NCBI GenBank assembly: GCA_022561895.1
Contig: JADFQH010000002.1
Coordinates: 1-39,752 of the forward strand
Source of the DNA: Methanobacteriota archaeon
GTDB taxonomy: Archaea; Halobacteriota; Halobacteria; Halobacteriales; Halalkalicoccaceae
Length of the DNA: 39,752 nt
Reading direction: 5' to 3'
Each line of letters opens with the position of its first letter. Position 1 is the first letter of the stretch. The notes under the pieces are model-generated. The model did not search any database. It was not told the origin of the DNA and was given only the letters and a program-made list of their open reading frames with translations. Position numbers and translations under genes: made by a program. Positions 10,087 to 19,922 of this stretch are shown here, in pieces.

Positions 10087-10302
10087 CTATCTCTCCTCGT
10101 TGGCCAGTCCGTCGCCGTCCTCGAACTCGCCGCGATACTTCTCGAAAAACGCCACGTCGGACATCTCGCCACGGGTCACGCGAACCGCATCGCGCACCAG
10201 CGCAACCGCAACGTCGCGTTCGTCCGTGAGCGGATACGGGAGGAGTGCGTGTGATTCCTCGGGATCGCCGTACTCCCGCTCCGTTTCGCTGTCGTCTGTC
10301 AT
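10087..10302 (-). CDS. Stand-alone homolog of the N-terminal domain of the cluster's 4Fe-4S ferredoxin
   Basis: VAVALVRDAVRVTRGEMSDVAFFEKY aligns with LGVALAKDAQKLIAGELSEAEFAARH of 13850..15181; preceded by the cluster promoter motif. Confidence 0.7.
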   Translation of the reverse strand: MTDDSETEREYGDPEESHALLPYPLTDERDVAVALVRDAVRVTRGEMSDVAFFEKYRGEFEDGDGLANEER

Positions 10303-10339
10303 GCGTTGCACTACAACAGACGACCCCCTCTATGCGGCG

Positions 10340-10364
10340 CTTAACACGTTTGCCATTTTAAATA
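10340..10364 (-). promoter_or_regulatory. Cluster promoter motif, copy 3 (19/25 match)
   Basis: cttaacacgtttgccattttaaata, starting 38 nt from ATG 10302, the same spacing as the other copies. Confidence 0.65.
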
Positions 10365-10385
10365 GCGCCGGCCTTCCTCGTAGAG

Positions 10386-10994
10386 TCAGACCGTATCGAA
10401 GATTTCCTGGACGAGTTTCGACTGTGCGATGCGAAGGCGCTGGGAGACGGCGGGCTTGCTGATGTCGAGCTCCGCGGCGAGATCGCGGAGTTCGGTCTCA
10501 CTGTCGGTATCGAAGTAGCCACGAATGACGGCAAGCTCGATCGCCTCGCGCTGTTTCTGCGTGAGCGAGGAGAGATCGAACGTGACGTGTTCGGTCGCGT
10601 CCGGGCCATCGACGACGGTTAGACGCACGAGTCGCACCCGCTCTGCGATCGGATCCAACTCGGCGATCAGCTCGCGGATCGTTTCGCGATCCTCGACGTA
10701 GGCCGTCACGAGCAGCGTCCCGTCCTCGATGGCGCGAATCCGCGGCACACAGCCCGAGTTCTGAAAGACGAAACAGAGACAGTCCTCGTCGACGGTGCCG
10801 CTCGCGCGGATCAGCGCCCCTTCCGAGTCCGTAGGCTGAATGTCGACGCGACACTCCTCACCCGCGGCATTGATCCGCACGTCCTCGATCGGCCCCTTGG
10901 TTTCGGTCATTGGACAGTCGAACGCCTCGTTCGGCCTCACGTCGAGATCGACGCGAAGCGTTCGATCCGCGTCAGCTGAATCGGATCGGGCCAT
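10386..10994 (-). CDS. DmsR/NarO-like transcriptional activator (Cys-rich N-domain plus Bat-type HTH_10)
   Basis: LTQKQREAIELAVIRGYFD...LAAELDISKPAVSQRLRIAQSKL; CLCFVFQNSGC is a CxC-x7-C motif. Confidence 0.85.
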   Translation of the reverse strand: MARSDSADADRTLRVDLDVRPNEAFDCPMTETKGPIEDVRINAAGEECRVDIQPTDSEGALIRASGTVDEDCLCFVFQNSGCVPRIRAIEDGTLLVTAYVEDRETIRELIAELDPIAERVRLVRLTVVDGPDATEHVTFDLSSLTQKQREAIELAVIRGYFDTDSETELRDLAAELDISKPAVSQRLRIAQSKLVQEIFDTV

Positions 10995-11188
10995 ACGTGA
11001 GATCACGTACCATATGAACATAGGCCTGCTGGCGATTCCAAGGCGGTGATACCGAGCGGTGGGTTCATTACCCTCTGTTGCGTGCGCGGGAGAGACGCCG
11101 GATTGCGCCAGCAGCGAACGCAGGCGCACTGAGGATTGTCGGCGTATCGAGTCGACGACGGGGAAGACACGTCCGTGGGCGCGAGTAA

Positions 11189-12292
11189 CTACTCCCGCTC
11201 GGAGGAGACCGATGGGATTGCTCGGGCGGCTTCGTCGTTCGATCTCTCAGTCGCCACGGCGACCCGCCGCATGTTCTCTTCACTAACCCGGTCTGCAACC
11301 CGATCGGTGAGTTCGAGAACCTGCTCTCGAAGTTCGCTCCCTTCATCACGGACGACCGGCCCCTCCGATTCTGCTCCGAACAACGGATGGACGGGCAGTT
11401 TGGCGAGACACTCGACGTCGTAGTCCTCGACGATCTCGTCGGCTCCGTCGGAGCCGAAGATCTCGTGGGAGTCGCCACAGCCGGGGCAGTGATAGCCGCT
11501 CATGTTCTCGACGAGTCCTAAAATGGGTGTCTCGTGGCGCTCGAACAGGCCCAAGCCCTTCCGGGCGTCGTCGAGCGCCATCCGCTGGGGGGTCGTGACG
11601 ACGACCGCACCAGAGACCGGCAGTGTCTGGAGCAAGTCGAGCGAGGCGTCGCCCGTACCGGGCGGGAGATCCACGAACAGGTAGTCGAGGCGACCCCACG
11701 CGACGTTCTCGATGAACTCCATCATCACGTTGTTCACCATCGGCCCTCGGAGAATCGCGGGATCGTCCGCGTTCCGGATGAGAAAGCCCATGCTCATCAC
11801 CTGTACGTCGCCCGACGTCGGCGGGATCATCTCGTCGTCGGGGGTGAGATCGGGCTCTTCTTCGATCGGGAGCAACCGAGGAATGTTCGGTCCGTGAACG
11901 TCGGCATCCAGCACGCCGACGCGCGCTCCCTTCTCGGCGAGTCCCGCCGCGAGATTCGCGGTGACGGTCGTCTTGCCGACCCCGCCTTTCCCGCTGGCGA
12001 CCGCGATGACGTTTCTGATTTTCGGCAGGACCTCCTCGTCGAAGCCGTGTTCCGCGCCCGCGGTCGCCCGAAGCTCCGGTTCGAGGCCCGCCTTCTCGAT
12101 TGCGTCGCGGATCCGCTCGCCGAGTTCCATCTCCGCGGGGGCGTATGGCGTGTTGAGCGCGAGCGAGACGATCGCTTTTTTGTCCTCTATCCGGAGACCG
12201 TCGACGAGTCCGAGCGAGACGATATCCTCGTCTATGACCGGATTGTCTATTTCGGCGAGCGTTTCTTCGAGTTCGCGTTCAGTGAGTGTCAT
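11189..12292 (-). CDS. mrp: Mrp/NBP35 Fe-S cluster carrier ATPase
   Basis: N-terminal DUF59-like domain (DIVSLGLV), SGKGGVGKT, DLPPGTGD, ENMSGYHCPGC. Confidence 0.92.
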   Translation of the reverse strand: MTLTERELEETLAEIDNPVIDEDIVSLGLVDGLRIEDKKAIVSLALNTPYAPAEMELGERIRDAIEKAGLEPELRATAGAEHGFDEEVLPKIRNVIAVASGKGGVGKTTVTANLAAGLAEKGARVGVLDADVHGPNIPRLLPIEEEPDLTPDDEMIPPTSGDVQVMSMGFLIRNADDPAILRGPMVNNVMMEFIENVAWGRLDYLFVDLPPGTGDASLDLLQTLPVSGAVVVTTPQRMALDDARKGLGLFERHETPILGLVENMSGYHCPGCGDSHEIFGSDGADEIVEDYDVECLAKLPVHPLFGAESEGPVVRDEGSELREQVLELTDRVADRVSEENMRRVAVATERSNDEAARAIPSVSSERE

Positions 12293-12349
12293 TGGTATCT
12301 GTGTTCGTGTTCGATTAGCTGGTTGGCTGGCGATTCGACCGAGGATTCC

Positions 12350-12550
12350 TCAGAAGAACAGCACCCCCAGCAGGATCGTAAACAGGCCGAAGCCGACCCA
12401 AAGGCCGACGGTTAGAGCGATCAGGTAGCCAACGCCCATCAGGCCGGTCTTTCGATCCCTCGGCTCGCCGAGGAACCACGCCGCGAGCATTCCGTAAACT
12501 GGGAGCAGGATGATCCCGAATACCAGCCACGTTCCGGGGCCGAAGGTCAT
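12350..12550 (-). CDS. Small two-TM membrane protein, probable accessory subunit
   Basis: MTFGPGTWLVFGIILLPVYGML...; ATGA overlap with the nrfD-like gene stop. Confidence 0.75.
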   Translation of the reverse strand: MTFGPGTWLVFGIILLPVYGMLAAWFLGEPRDRKTGLMGVGYLIALTVGLWVGFGLFTILLGVLFF

Positions 12551-13860
12551 TTCCCTCCCTCCTGTAGTTCCTCGATGGCGTGGAGTTCGACCACCGGGAT
12601 CACCTTCGCCACGAGGGCGAAGAAGACCACGACGATGGCGATCGTTCCTGTCACTGACGCCATCTCGATCCACGTCGGGAAGTAGTCGCCCGGTGCGGCA
12701 TCGTAGAGCGAAAACGAGGGGTACAGCAGTCCCTCGACGACGAAGAAGATCTTTTCGAGCAGGGTGCCCACGAGCACCGCAACGCTCGCCGCGAGGCTCC
12801 GCTCGATACTAAAGATCGAGGGCCGAACACCTTGGGCGAAGACGTAGCCGAGTGCGAGCAGGACGAGGCCGATTGCGGTCCAGTACACTGGATGGGAGAG
12901 TTTGGCCTCCGTCGCGGCGGCCTGATCGACCGGCGCGGCATAGACCCCTCCAATAATCTGCTGGAGCTGGAGCCAGACGAACAGCAGGACGAACAGTCCC
13001 AACCACATGGTCAGGCCCTTGAACACGTCGTCAGTGATGATGTGTTCCCAGCCGTAGACACGCCGGAAGATCGCGGCGGTGATGATCACGCCGCCGATCG
13101 CGGAGGTGAGCGCGATGGTCAGGAACTGCGGACCTTGGATCGCGCCGAACCAGCCCGGCATCGAGGGCAAGAGAGCGAACAGCCACGGGATCACCCCGCC
13201 GTGGAGCAGGAGTGGCGCGAGGATGATAATCGCAAGCGCGAGCCACCAGACCATTCGCTCGATGACCTCGTCCTCGCGTTCGCTGTAACCGATCAACAGT
13301 AGCCCGTACAGCGGGTCGAAGCGATCCGGAAGGTCCTCGCGCATCCGCGAAACGTCGTAGCGGATCGTGAGCGCGAGATACGTCGCGGTCATCACGAAAT
13401 ACAGCGTGATGACGGTCACGTCCCAGACCAGCGGCGAGGTGTGGACCGTCCACGGAAACGCCGGAATGATGCTTGTCACCACTCTATCCGGGCGGCCCAT
13501 GTGGACGATGATGTAGAGTCCGGCGACGGTGAGCGCGCCGATAGTTAGTAATTCAGCGAGCCGTGCGACCGGTTTGTAGCGATCTAACCCGATGAGCCGG
13601 ACTGCTGCCGAGAGGATGATCCCGCCGTGGGCGATCCCGACCCACCAGATGAACGCGCCGATGTACAGTCCCCACGTGACGCCGCCGCCGGAACCCCAGT
13701 CAGCCAAGCCGGTCACGATCAGGCCGTGCTGGAGCTGGATGATGTACGCGACCGCGAAGATCGCGATGGCGACCGAAGCGGCCGCTAACACGTAGTAGTA
13801 CTCCGTCGAGGTTCGGCGCATCGGCCGGAGGATGTCGTCTTTGCTAACCCTAGTGCTCAT
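12547..13860 (-). CDS. NrfD/PsrC family polytopic membrane anchor (quinol-interacting)
   Basis: WGLYIGAFIWWVGIAHGG, HMGRPDR, SPLVWD; about 10 TM segments. Confidence 0.9.
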   Translation of the reverse strand: MSTRVSKDDILRPMRRTSTEYYYVLAAASVAIAIFAVAYIIQLQHGLIVTGLADWGSGGGVTWGLYIGAFIWWVGIAHGGIILSAAVRLIGLDRYKPVARLAELLTIGALTVAGLYIIVHMGRPDRVVTSIIPAFPWTVHTSPLVWDVTVITLYFVMTATYLALTIRYDVSRMREDLPDRFDPLYGLLLIGYSEREDEVIERMVWWLALAIIILAPLLLHGGVIPWLFALLPSMPGWFGAIQGPQFLTIALTSAIGGVIITAAIFRRVYGWEHIITDDVFKGLTMWLGLFVLLFVWLQLQQIIGGVYAAPVDQAAATEAKLSHPVYWTAIGLVLLALGYVFAQGVRPSIFSIERSLAASVAVLVGTLLEKIFFVVEGLLYPSFSLYDAAPGDYFPTWIEMASVTGTIAIVVVFFALVAKVIPVVELHAIEELQEGGK

Positions 13861-15181
13861 GGCCATCACCTCGCGTGACGCCAGTGGTACTCTCGTGGTT
13901 CCCGTTCGCCTCCGCGTCCGCACCCTCGTCGAGCACGTCCTTTCGCCTGTCCGCGCCGACCCGGCCCTCGTAGCTTACGGGTCCATCAACCTGTTGGGCG
14001 TTCGGCCCCGGCTCGTTGCCGATATAAATGACGTTGGGGTCCGTGCCCTTGTCCTCGAGGAGTTTGAACGTCGAGATGTCGTCCTCTTCGGTCGAGGAGT
14101 GTGGCGAGACGCCATCTTCGTCCGTGTGCGGTCCGTTCGTCCGGACCTCCGCACGACGCTCTTCTAAGTACTGATTCGGACGGCTTTCCGGATCGTTCAG
14201 ATCGCCGAAGTGGATCGCTCCCATCCCCATCGCATCACAGGCCTCCATGCAGGCCACCGAACCTCGGGTTTCGGGGTCGTCCTGTCGGGTCGGACAGAAC
14301 GTACACTTACCCATCGTGCCCTTCAGGGGCACGCCGTCGACGTGTCTGCCCCGGTCGTCGTAGCGGTGTTCGTCGCTCATCGCCTCCATCCCCTCGCCGG
14401 GATCGCCCCACTGGAAGTAATTGACGCCGTAGGGACAGGCGACTTGGCAGTACCGACAGCCGATACAGATGTCATAATCGGTGAGTACGAGTCCGTCTTC
14501 TTCGCGGGTGTGACGGGCGTTGACCGGACAGACCTTATCACACGGCGCGTTCGTGCAGTGCTGACACGGCCGGATGAGGAAGTCCTCGTCGTCGCGACCT
14601 TCGTCCTCGTAGGCAAGTACGTACATCCAGTTGGCTCCGGACGACCAGTTGTTCTCCTCGCGACAGGCATCGACACAGCCGATACAGCCATCACAGCGTT
14701 CGAGATCGATCACCATCCCCATCTGGCGACCCTCTTCGTCCTCGTCGGCCGCAGCCACACCGCTTTCTTCCTCGTCATCGCCGCCAGCCATACTTTCGGC
14801 CGTGCCCCACGCCCCGAGCGAGAGGACGCCCGCGACCGCACCGGATTTCTTCAGCACCTCTCTCCTCGATTGTTCGTCGTCGGGATCGAACCCGCTGAGA
14901 GCGTCTTTCAGCCCCTTGCGATCAGTGTCATCATCCACCTCTTCGAGATCCCCGTCCGCCAGCGCTTCGAGCGGGCGCTCGTCGGTCTCGAACTCCTCGA
15001 TGATCGCCTCGTGGTGACGGGCGGCGAACTCCGCTTCCGACAGCTCGCCCGCGATGAGTTTCTGGGCGTCCTTTGCGAGGGCGACCCCGAGTTCGGTGTC
15101 GTACTCCGTCTCGTCGAGAATGCCGCGCATCCGCTCTTCGTCCTCGCTGAAGTCGTACTGAAGCGGAAGGTCGGCGCTCAT
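13850..15181 (-). CDS. 4x[4Fe-4S] electron-transfer subunit (DmsB/NrfC type) with N-terminal extension and internal Tat motif
   Basis: CDGCIGCVDAC, CQHCTNAPCDKVCP, CIGCRYCQVACP, KCTFCP...CMEAC; SRREVLK about 105 aa from the start. Confidence 0.88.
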   Translation of the reverse strand: MSADLPLQYDFSEDEERMRGILDETEYDTELGVALAKDAQKLIAGELSEAEFAARHHEAIIEEFETDERPLEALADGDLEEVDDDTDRKGLKDALSGFDPDDEQSRREVLKKSGAVAGVLSLGAWGTAESMAGGDDEEESGVAAADEDEEGRQMGMVIDLERCDGCIGCVDACREENNWSSGANWMYVLAYEDEGRDDEDFLIRPCQHCTNAPCDKVCPVNARHTREEDGLVLTDYDICIGCRYCQVACPYGVNYFQWGDPGEGMEAMSDEHRYDDRGRHVDGVPLKGTMGKCTFCPTRQDDPETRGSVACMEACDAMGMGAIHFGDLNDPESRPNQYLEERRAEVRTNGPHTDEDGVSPHSSTEEDDISTFKLLEDKGTDPNVIYIGNEPGPNAQQVDGPVSYEGRVGADRRKDVLDEGADAEANGNHESTTGVTRGDGHEH

Positions 15182-15945
15182 CGCTCCACCCCTGGCTGCT
15201 GTGGTTCGGGCGAGGCCATTGCGCCACAACTGGTTGCCAGTCGCCCCTCCTCGTCGCGCTCTATCCCCGGAAGACTTTCGAGGGGGGCCGTCGGTTCGGC
15301 CTCGAACTCCTCGGGCGAGATAGCGAGAACTTCGTTCTCGTTTTCGACCAGTGCGCTAAGCAAATTTGAAAGCGTCCGGTAGAACGGTTCGTCGATCTCC
15401 TCACGAACCTCGGCAACGAATCGGGGAACCCACCGCCCAAGATGGTCCTCGATGAACGACGCGCGGGCGTCCGTGACGACCTCAACTCCCGTCTCGTCGC
15501 CCTCTTCTTCGAGGTACGCTCGTTGGGTCGCGAGATGGGAGATGAACTCCAGTTGGGTCGAGAGGTAGTCCGCCCGATCCCGACGACCCGCCGCGATATC
15601 CAGTCCAAAGGCTCGGTAGAACCCGGCCATATCCGCGAGCTGGTTCGTGTTCGTTACGAGCGTGCCGGGCGCGTAGCCCGTCTCGTACTGGGAGACGGTC
15701 GACTCGTTCTCGTTGCCGAACGCGGCGGCGTAGGCCGAACGAAGCTCACTCGGCTCGGTGGGTAGTGCTTCTTCGAGTGCGCTTGCCGCCTCTTCTATGT
15801 CGTCATTGAGCGCTGACGCTGACGCCGAAACCGCCTCGGCGAACGATCCTTCGTCAATCGCCCACAGTAGCTCGTCGTCGGGGCGGTCGAACCCCATCGA
15901 AAGCGCGCTGTACAGCCGTGCGCGGTGGATATCGTTCTCACTCAT
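15178..15945 (-). CDS. TorD/DmsD-family molybdoenzyme maturation chaperone (delta subunit)
   Basis: LADMAGFYRAFG, DRADYLSTQLEF, FIEDHLGRW. Confidence 0.88.
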   Translation of the reverse strand: MSENDIHRARLYSALSMGFDRPDDELLWAIDEGSFAEAVSASASALNDDIEEAASALEEALPTEPSELRSAYAAAFGNENESTVSQYETGYAPGTLVTNTNQLADMAGFYRAFGLDIAAGRRDRADYLSTQLEFISHLATQRAYLEEEGDETGVEVVTDARASFIEDHLGRWVPRFVAEVREEIDEPFYRTLSNLLSALVENENEVLAISPEEFEAEPTAPLESLPGIERDEEGRLATSCGAMASPEPQQPGVER

Positions 15946-15947
15946 GA

Positions 15948-17135
<1,188 letters not shown>

Positions 17136-17137
17136 CG

Positions 17138-17206
17138 TCAGTCCCTCCTCGGCAGTTGTCGTTCGGGGGTGATCGTCTCGAATCGGGCAGTCGTCTGGTG
17201 ACTCAT
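17138..17206 (-). CDS. 22-aa leader ORF (MSHQTTARFETITPERQLPRRD), apparent remnant of the first operon gene
   Basis: Same first six codons (MSHQTT) and the same upstream promoter as 24899..25396; stops 2 nt before the beta ATG. Confidence 0.5.
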   Translation of the reverse strand: MSHQTTARFETITPERQLPRRD

Positions 17207-17243
17207 GTTTCAAGATGGGAACCCCTCCTCCCTCTCAGTGGCT

Positions 17244-17268
17244 CTTAACCCGTTTCGGGTTTTAAGTA
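17244..17268 (-). promoter_or_regulatory. Cluster promoter motif, copy 2
   Basis: cttaacccgtttcgggttttaagta, identical to 25434-25458 and 38 nt from ATG 17206. Confidence 0.75.
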
Positions 17269-17498
17269 GTGAAGCGAATTAGACACTGCTCGAACTCGAG
17301 GTCCTTGCTGTGCAGGCAACACTCCTCGTGGGGGCACATCCTCACCATCGAAAAAAGCACGTTCATCAGAACCCGAGGAATCAGTTGGTTGTGAAAGTCT
17401 GGCAAATAATCGAAGGCGAAGTGTCCGGTTGTAGTAAAATACTGCCATTAGATGGCTCTAATTGTATACAAAACTCAACTAATAGTTGTTATCGATCG

Positions 17499-17843
17499 CT
17501 ACTTCATCATCTTGGCGAACGCTCGAACGACGAGTTTCTTTCCTGCTGTAGTGAGTTGTCCCTGTGCTCTGTGCTGCAGGATCGCCCCCGGAGGAATCGT
17601 GTGGATCGACCACGGAAGCAGGTGCGTGGCTTTTGAGAACGTCATTCCGGTGTAGTGAGTTTCCTTTTCGAGTTCCGGAGTGCTGTGATTGTGATTTCTC
17701 GATCCACGTCCGAGACACATCACTGTACATTCGACTGAACTGTACGGCCGATCTCGATGGCGAATGACTACGACTGGACGTTCGTCTTTCGTTCCGTGCG
17801 GGTCGTTGCTGACCCACGTAATGGTCCCGGCACGGTACTTCAT
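17499..17843 (-). CDS. PemK/MazF-like toxin (divergent)
   Basis: YRAGTITWVSNDPHGTKDERPVVVI N-terminal pattern; downstream of an HTH gene. Confidence 0.6.
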   Translation of the reverse strand: MKYRAGTITWVSNDPHGTKDERPVVVIRHRDRPYSSVECTVMCLGRGSRNHNHSTPELEKETHYTGMTFSKATHLLPWSIHTIPPGAILQHRAQGQLTTAGKKLVVRAFAKMMK

Positions 17844-17845
17844 CC

Positions 17846-18274
17846 CTACGTATCCTCGTCAGATGTGGTGTCAACCAAAGCGACCGCGTCCTCGATATCC
17901 TCGTCGGTGAGTTCCGCCGATTCGCCCAACTCGGTATCAGTGCGCGGTTCGACGCTATCAGGGCTGGTCTCGGCGGTGCCGTGATCTGCAAACATGCGCT
18001 CAAGTCCGTCGAGTGCAGCGCCGTACCGATAGAGGTCTTCACGATCCTCGCGGGCGTGGTAGTATCCATCCGGCGTTTTGTCGATATATTCGTTGTCGTA
18101 GAGACGTTTTGCCGTGACTTTCGCGGTGTTGTGCGGGATGTCTAGCTCGCTGTGGATCTCCTGTGGACTGTATCCGTACTCGTCATTTCGATAGAGGAAT
18201 CCAATAATATCCGATTTCGTCGTTCCTGGTGTCAGGTCGAGATCTGGATCGTGCGAACCGAGATGGACAGGCAT
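17846..18274 (-). CDS. Winged-HTH protein, putative antitoxin
   Basis: IIGFLYRNDEYGYSPQEIHSELDIPHNTAKVTAKRLYDNEYI; acidic tail. Confidence 0.7.
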   Translation of the reverse strand: MPVHLGSHDPDLDLTPGTTKSDIIGFLYRNDEYGYSPQEIHSELDIPHNTAKVTAKRLYDNEYIDKTPDGYYHAREDREDLYRYGAALDGLERMFADHGTAETSPDSVEPRTDTELGESAELTDEDIEDAVALVDTTSDEDT

Positions 18275-18441
18275 GTAACTCAATGTAACCGGTTGAAACT
18301 CATAAATCTGTCGGGCTGTCGGACCATAGCCGAACCAGTCAGTCACTTCGGGCACCTACCAGCAGCGGATTCTGCTCGTCCACGGTGAAATAATGTGGCA
18401 GCGGAACCCCTCGTTCCAACCTGATACAAAAGCGAAGATGA

Positions 18442-18519
18442 TTACTCTCCGCCCGACTCACTCACGTACCCACCACTGAGATACGCCTCCATCTCGTCGT
18501 CCTCTTGCGTCGGGCGAAT
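18442..18519 (-). repeat. Duplicated 3' end of the alpha-subunit gene (78 bp, 64/78 identical to 19923-20000)
   Basis: IRPTQEDDEMEAYLSGGYVSESGGE* versus IRPTQEDETMEEYLSGGYVSESGEN*; identical 24-bp core ctcacgtacccaccactgagatac. Confidence 0.9.
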
Positions 18520-18589
18520 ATCTATCAAAGCCTCTGTTCGACGGTATACAGTCAGTACTATACCACCGAAGTACAGCCTCCCGCCGCTT

Positions 18590-19102
18590 TCATACTGCGT
18601 CGCAGACGCACACGCCACCTTCTCGAATGTGGGTAGTAACGTGTTCGTGGATGACTCGAGAGAGTTGGCGCATCGCGTCCGCTTGTCGTTCCGTTGGTCG
18701 TCGCCCACCATAGTAGCTGTCCGTGCGATTCGTGTCGTACAGCTGTCGCAGTTCGTCTGTTGTTGTGGATGAAAAGAGTCCAAGAGCTGTTGCGCGATCG
18801 TAGCAGTACGTGTGATCGTGGAAATCGTTCAGATCGTCACCGCCTTCGGCTAATGCGTAGGCCTCGACTGACCGCTCGGTCGCTCCGAAGCACAACTCGA
18901 TCGTGGCAGTGTAGAATCCTTGCCCTTCGATATGCTCGACAGCGGCCAGCAGTCGACAGGCTTTCGTCAACTGTGTTTTCCAGTCGACATCGGGATCGAT
19001 TGTGGCTTCGCGCGTGGGGACGCCGTATCCCTCCTCGTTGAACGCGTCAATAGCCGCCGCAAGCGCGTCCGTGATAGCTCGTGGGTCAGACGCATTACTC
19101 AT
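18590..19102 (-). CDS. HEPN-like domain protein (putative toxin)
   Basis: All-helical, FYTATIELCFGATERS, NRTDSYY (R-x4-Y); overlaps the MNT gene stop. Confidence 0.65.
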   Translation of the reverse strand: MSNASDPRAITDALAAAIDAFNEEGYGVPTREATIDPDVDWKTQLTKACRLLAAVEHIEGQGFYTATIELCFGATERSVEAYALAEGGDDLNDFHDHTYCYDRATALGLFSSTTTDELRQLYDTNRTDSYYGGRRPTERQADAMRQLSRVIHEHVTTHIREGGVCVCDAV

Positions 19103-19787
19103 CGAGATCACCGTGAAAGATCATGCTCCGGATGGTATCGAATCGCTCCGTCTCGTGGATAACGAGCCCGTCGCTGAGTATGTCCCGGAGTTCGCCAGTG
19201 TAGTTCGGGATAGCTGGGAGGACTTCGACGTCGATCTCGTATGCGTACCGACCGGTGTCGAACTCCTCGTCTTCGAGGTCCTGTCGAACGCGATTCGCCG
19301 TTCGTTGATTCGTCATCCGATCGTCTTCGACGAGTACCCACAGGTCGATGTCGCTCCGCCGGTCGGCTTCGCCTCGCGCGACGCTGCCGTACAGAACGAT
19401 CCCGACGACATCGCCAAGCCTGTCGAGTAGCTCGTCAACGGCCGTTCGAACCGGTGGCTGGAACTCCGGTTGCGGGATCTGCAGATACGGGTCATCCGGG
19501 TGGGACAACCGTTCACGGTTGATGTGGACGATCCGAGTATTGCCCTCACGCTGATCTATAACGAGATCGTTAGCAGACAGAATATCGACGGCCTTCGATA
19601 CGGTGGGCTGGGAGTAGCCTACGGCGTCGGTGAGTTCTGTAATCGAGAATTCGTCGGTGTGATACCGAGAGAGAAACACGAGCACACCCTGAACCGCCCG
19701 ACTTCGAAAGAGCGTATCGTCCTGAACGGGAATATCGAGCGTGATTTTCGACCCATCTTCGGAAGGAGTATTCGAATTGCTTTTCAT
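19095..19787 (-). CDS. HTH-fused minimal nucleotidyltransferase (MNT antitoxin)
   Basis: N-terminal HTH; LYGSVARGEADRRSDIDLWV. Confidence 0.85.
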   Translation of the reverse strand: MKSNSNTPSEDGSKITLDIPVQDDTLFRSRAVQGVLVFLSRYHTDEFSITELTDAVGYSQPTVSKAVDILSANDLVIDQREGNTRIVHINRERLSHPDDPYLQIPQPEFQPPVRTAVDELLDRLGDVVGIVLYGSVARGEADRRSDIDLWVLVEDDRMTNQRTANRVRQDLEDEEFDTGRYAYEIDVEVLPAIPNYTGELRDILSDGLVIHETERFDTIRSMIFHGDLDE

Positions 19788-19922
19788 AGATGGGACTTCG
19801 TTAGGCTACTCACTTAAGGTTTATACGTAACTCGGCATTCCATTTATGTGAGATAGAGCACGTCACCTTTACAGATAATCCCGAATAAAAACCTTCTGCA
19901 ACTCTATGCAAGAGCGGAGTAA

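Noticed and set aside
18520-18783. 113-aa ORF 18442..18783 as a real gene
   Set aside because: Only its last 25 codons are meaningful (the alpha 3' duplicate); the rest overlaps the HEPN gene.
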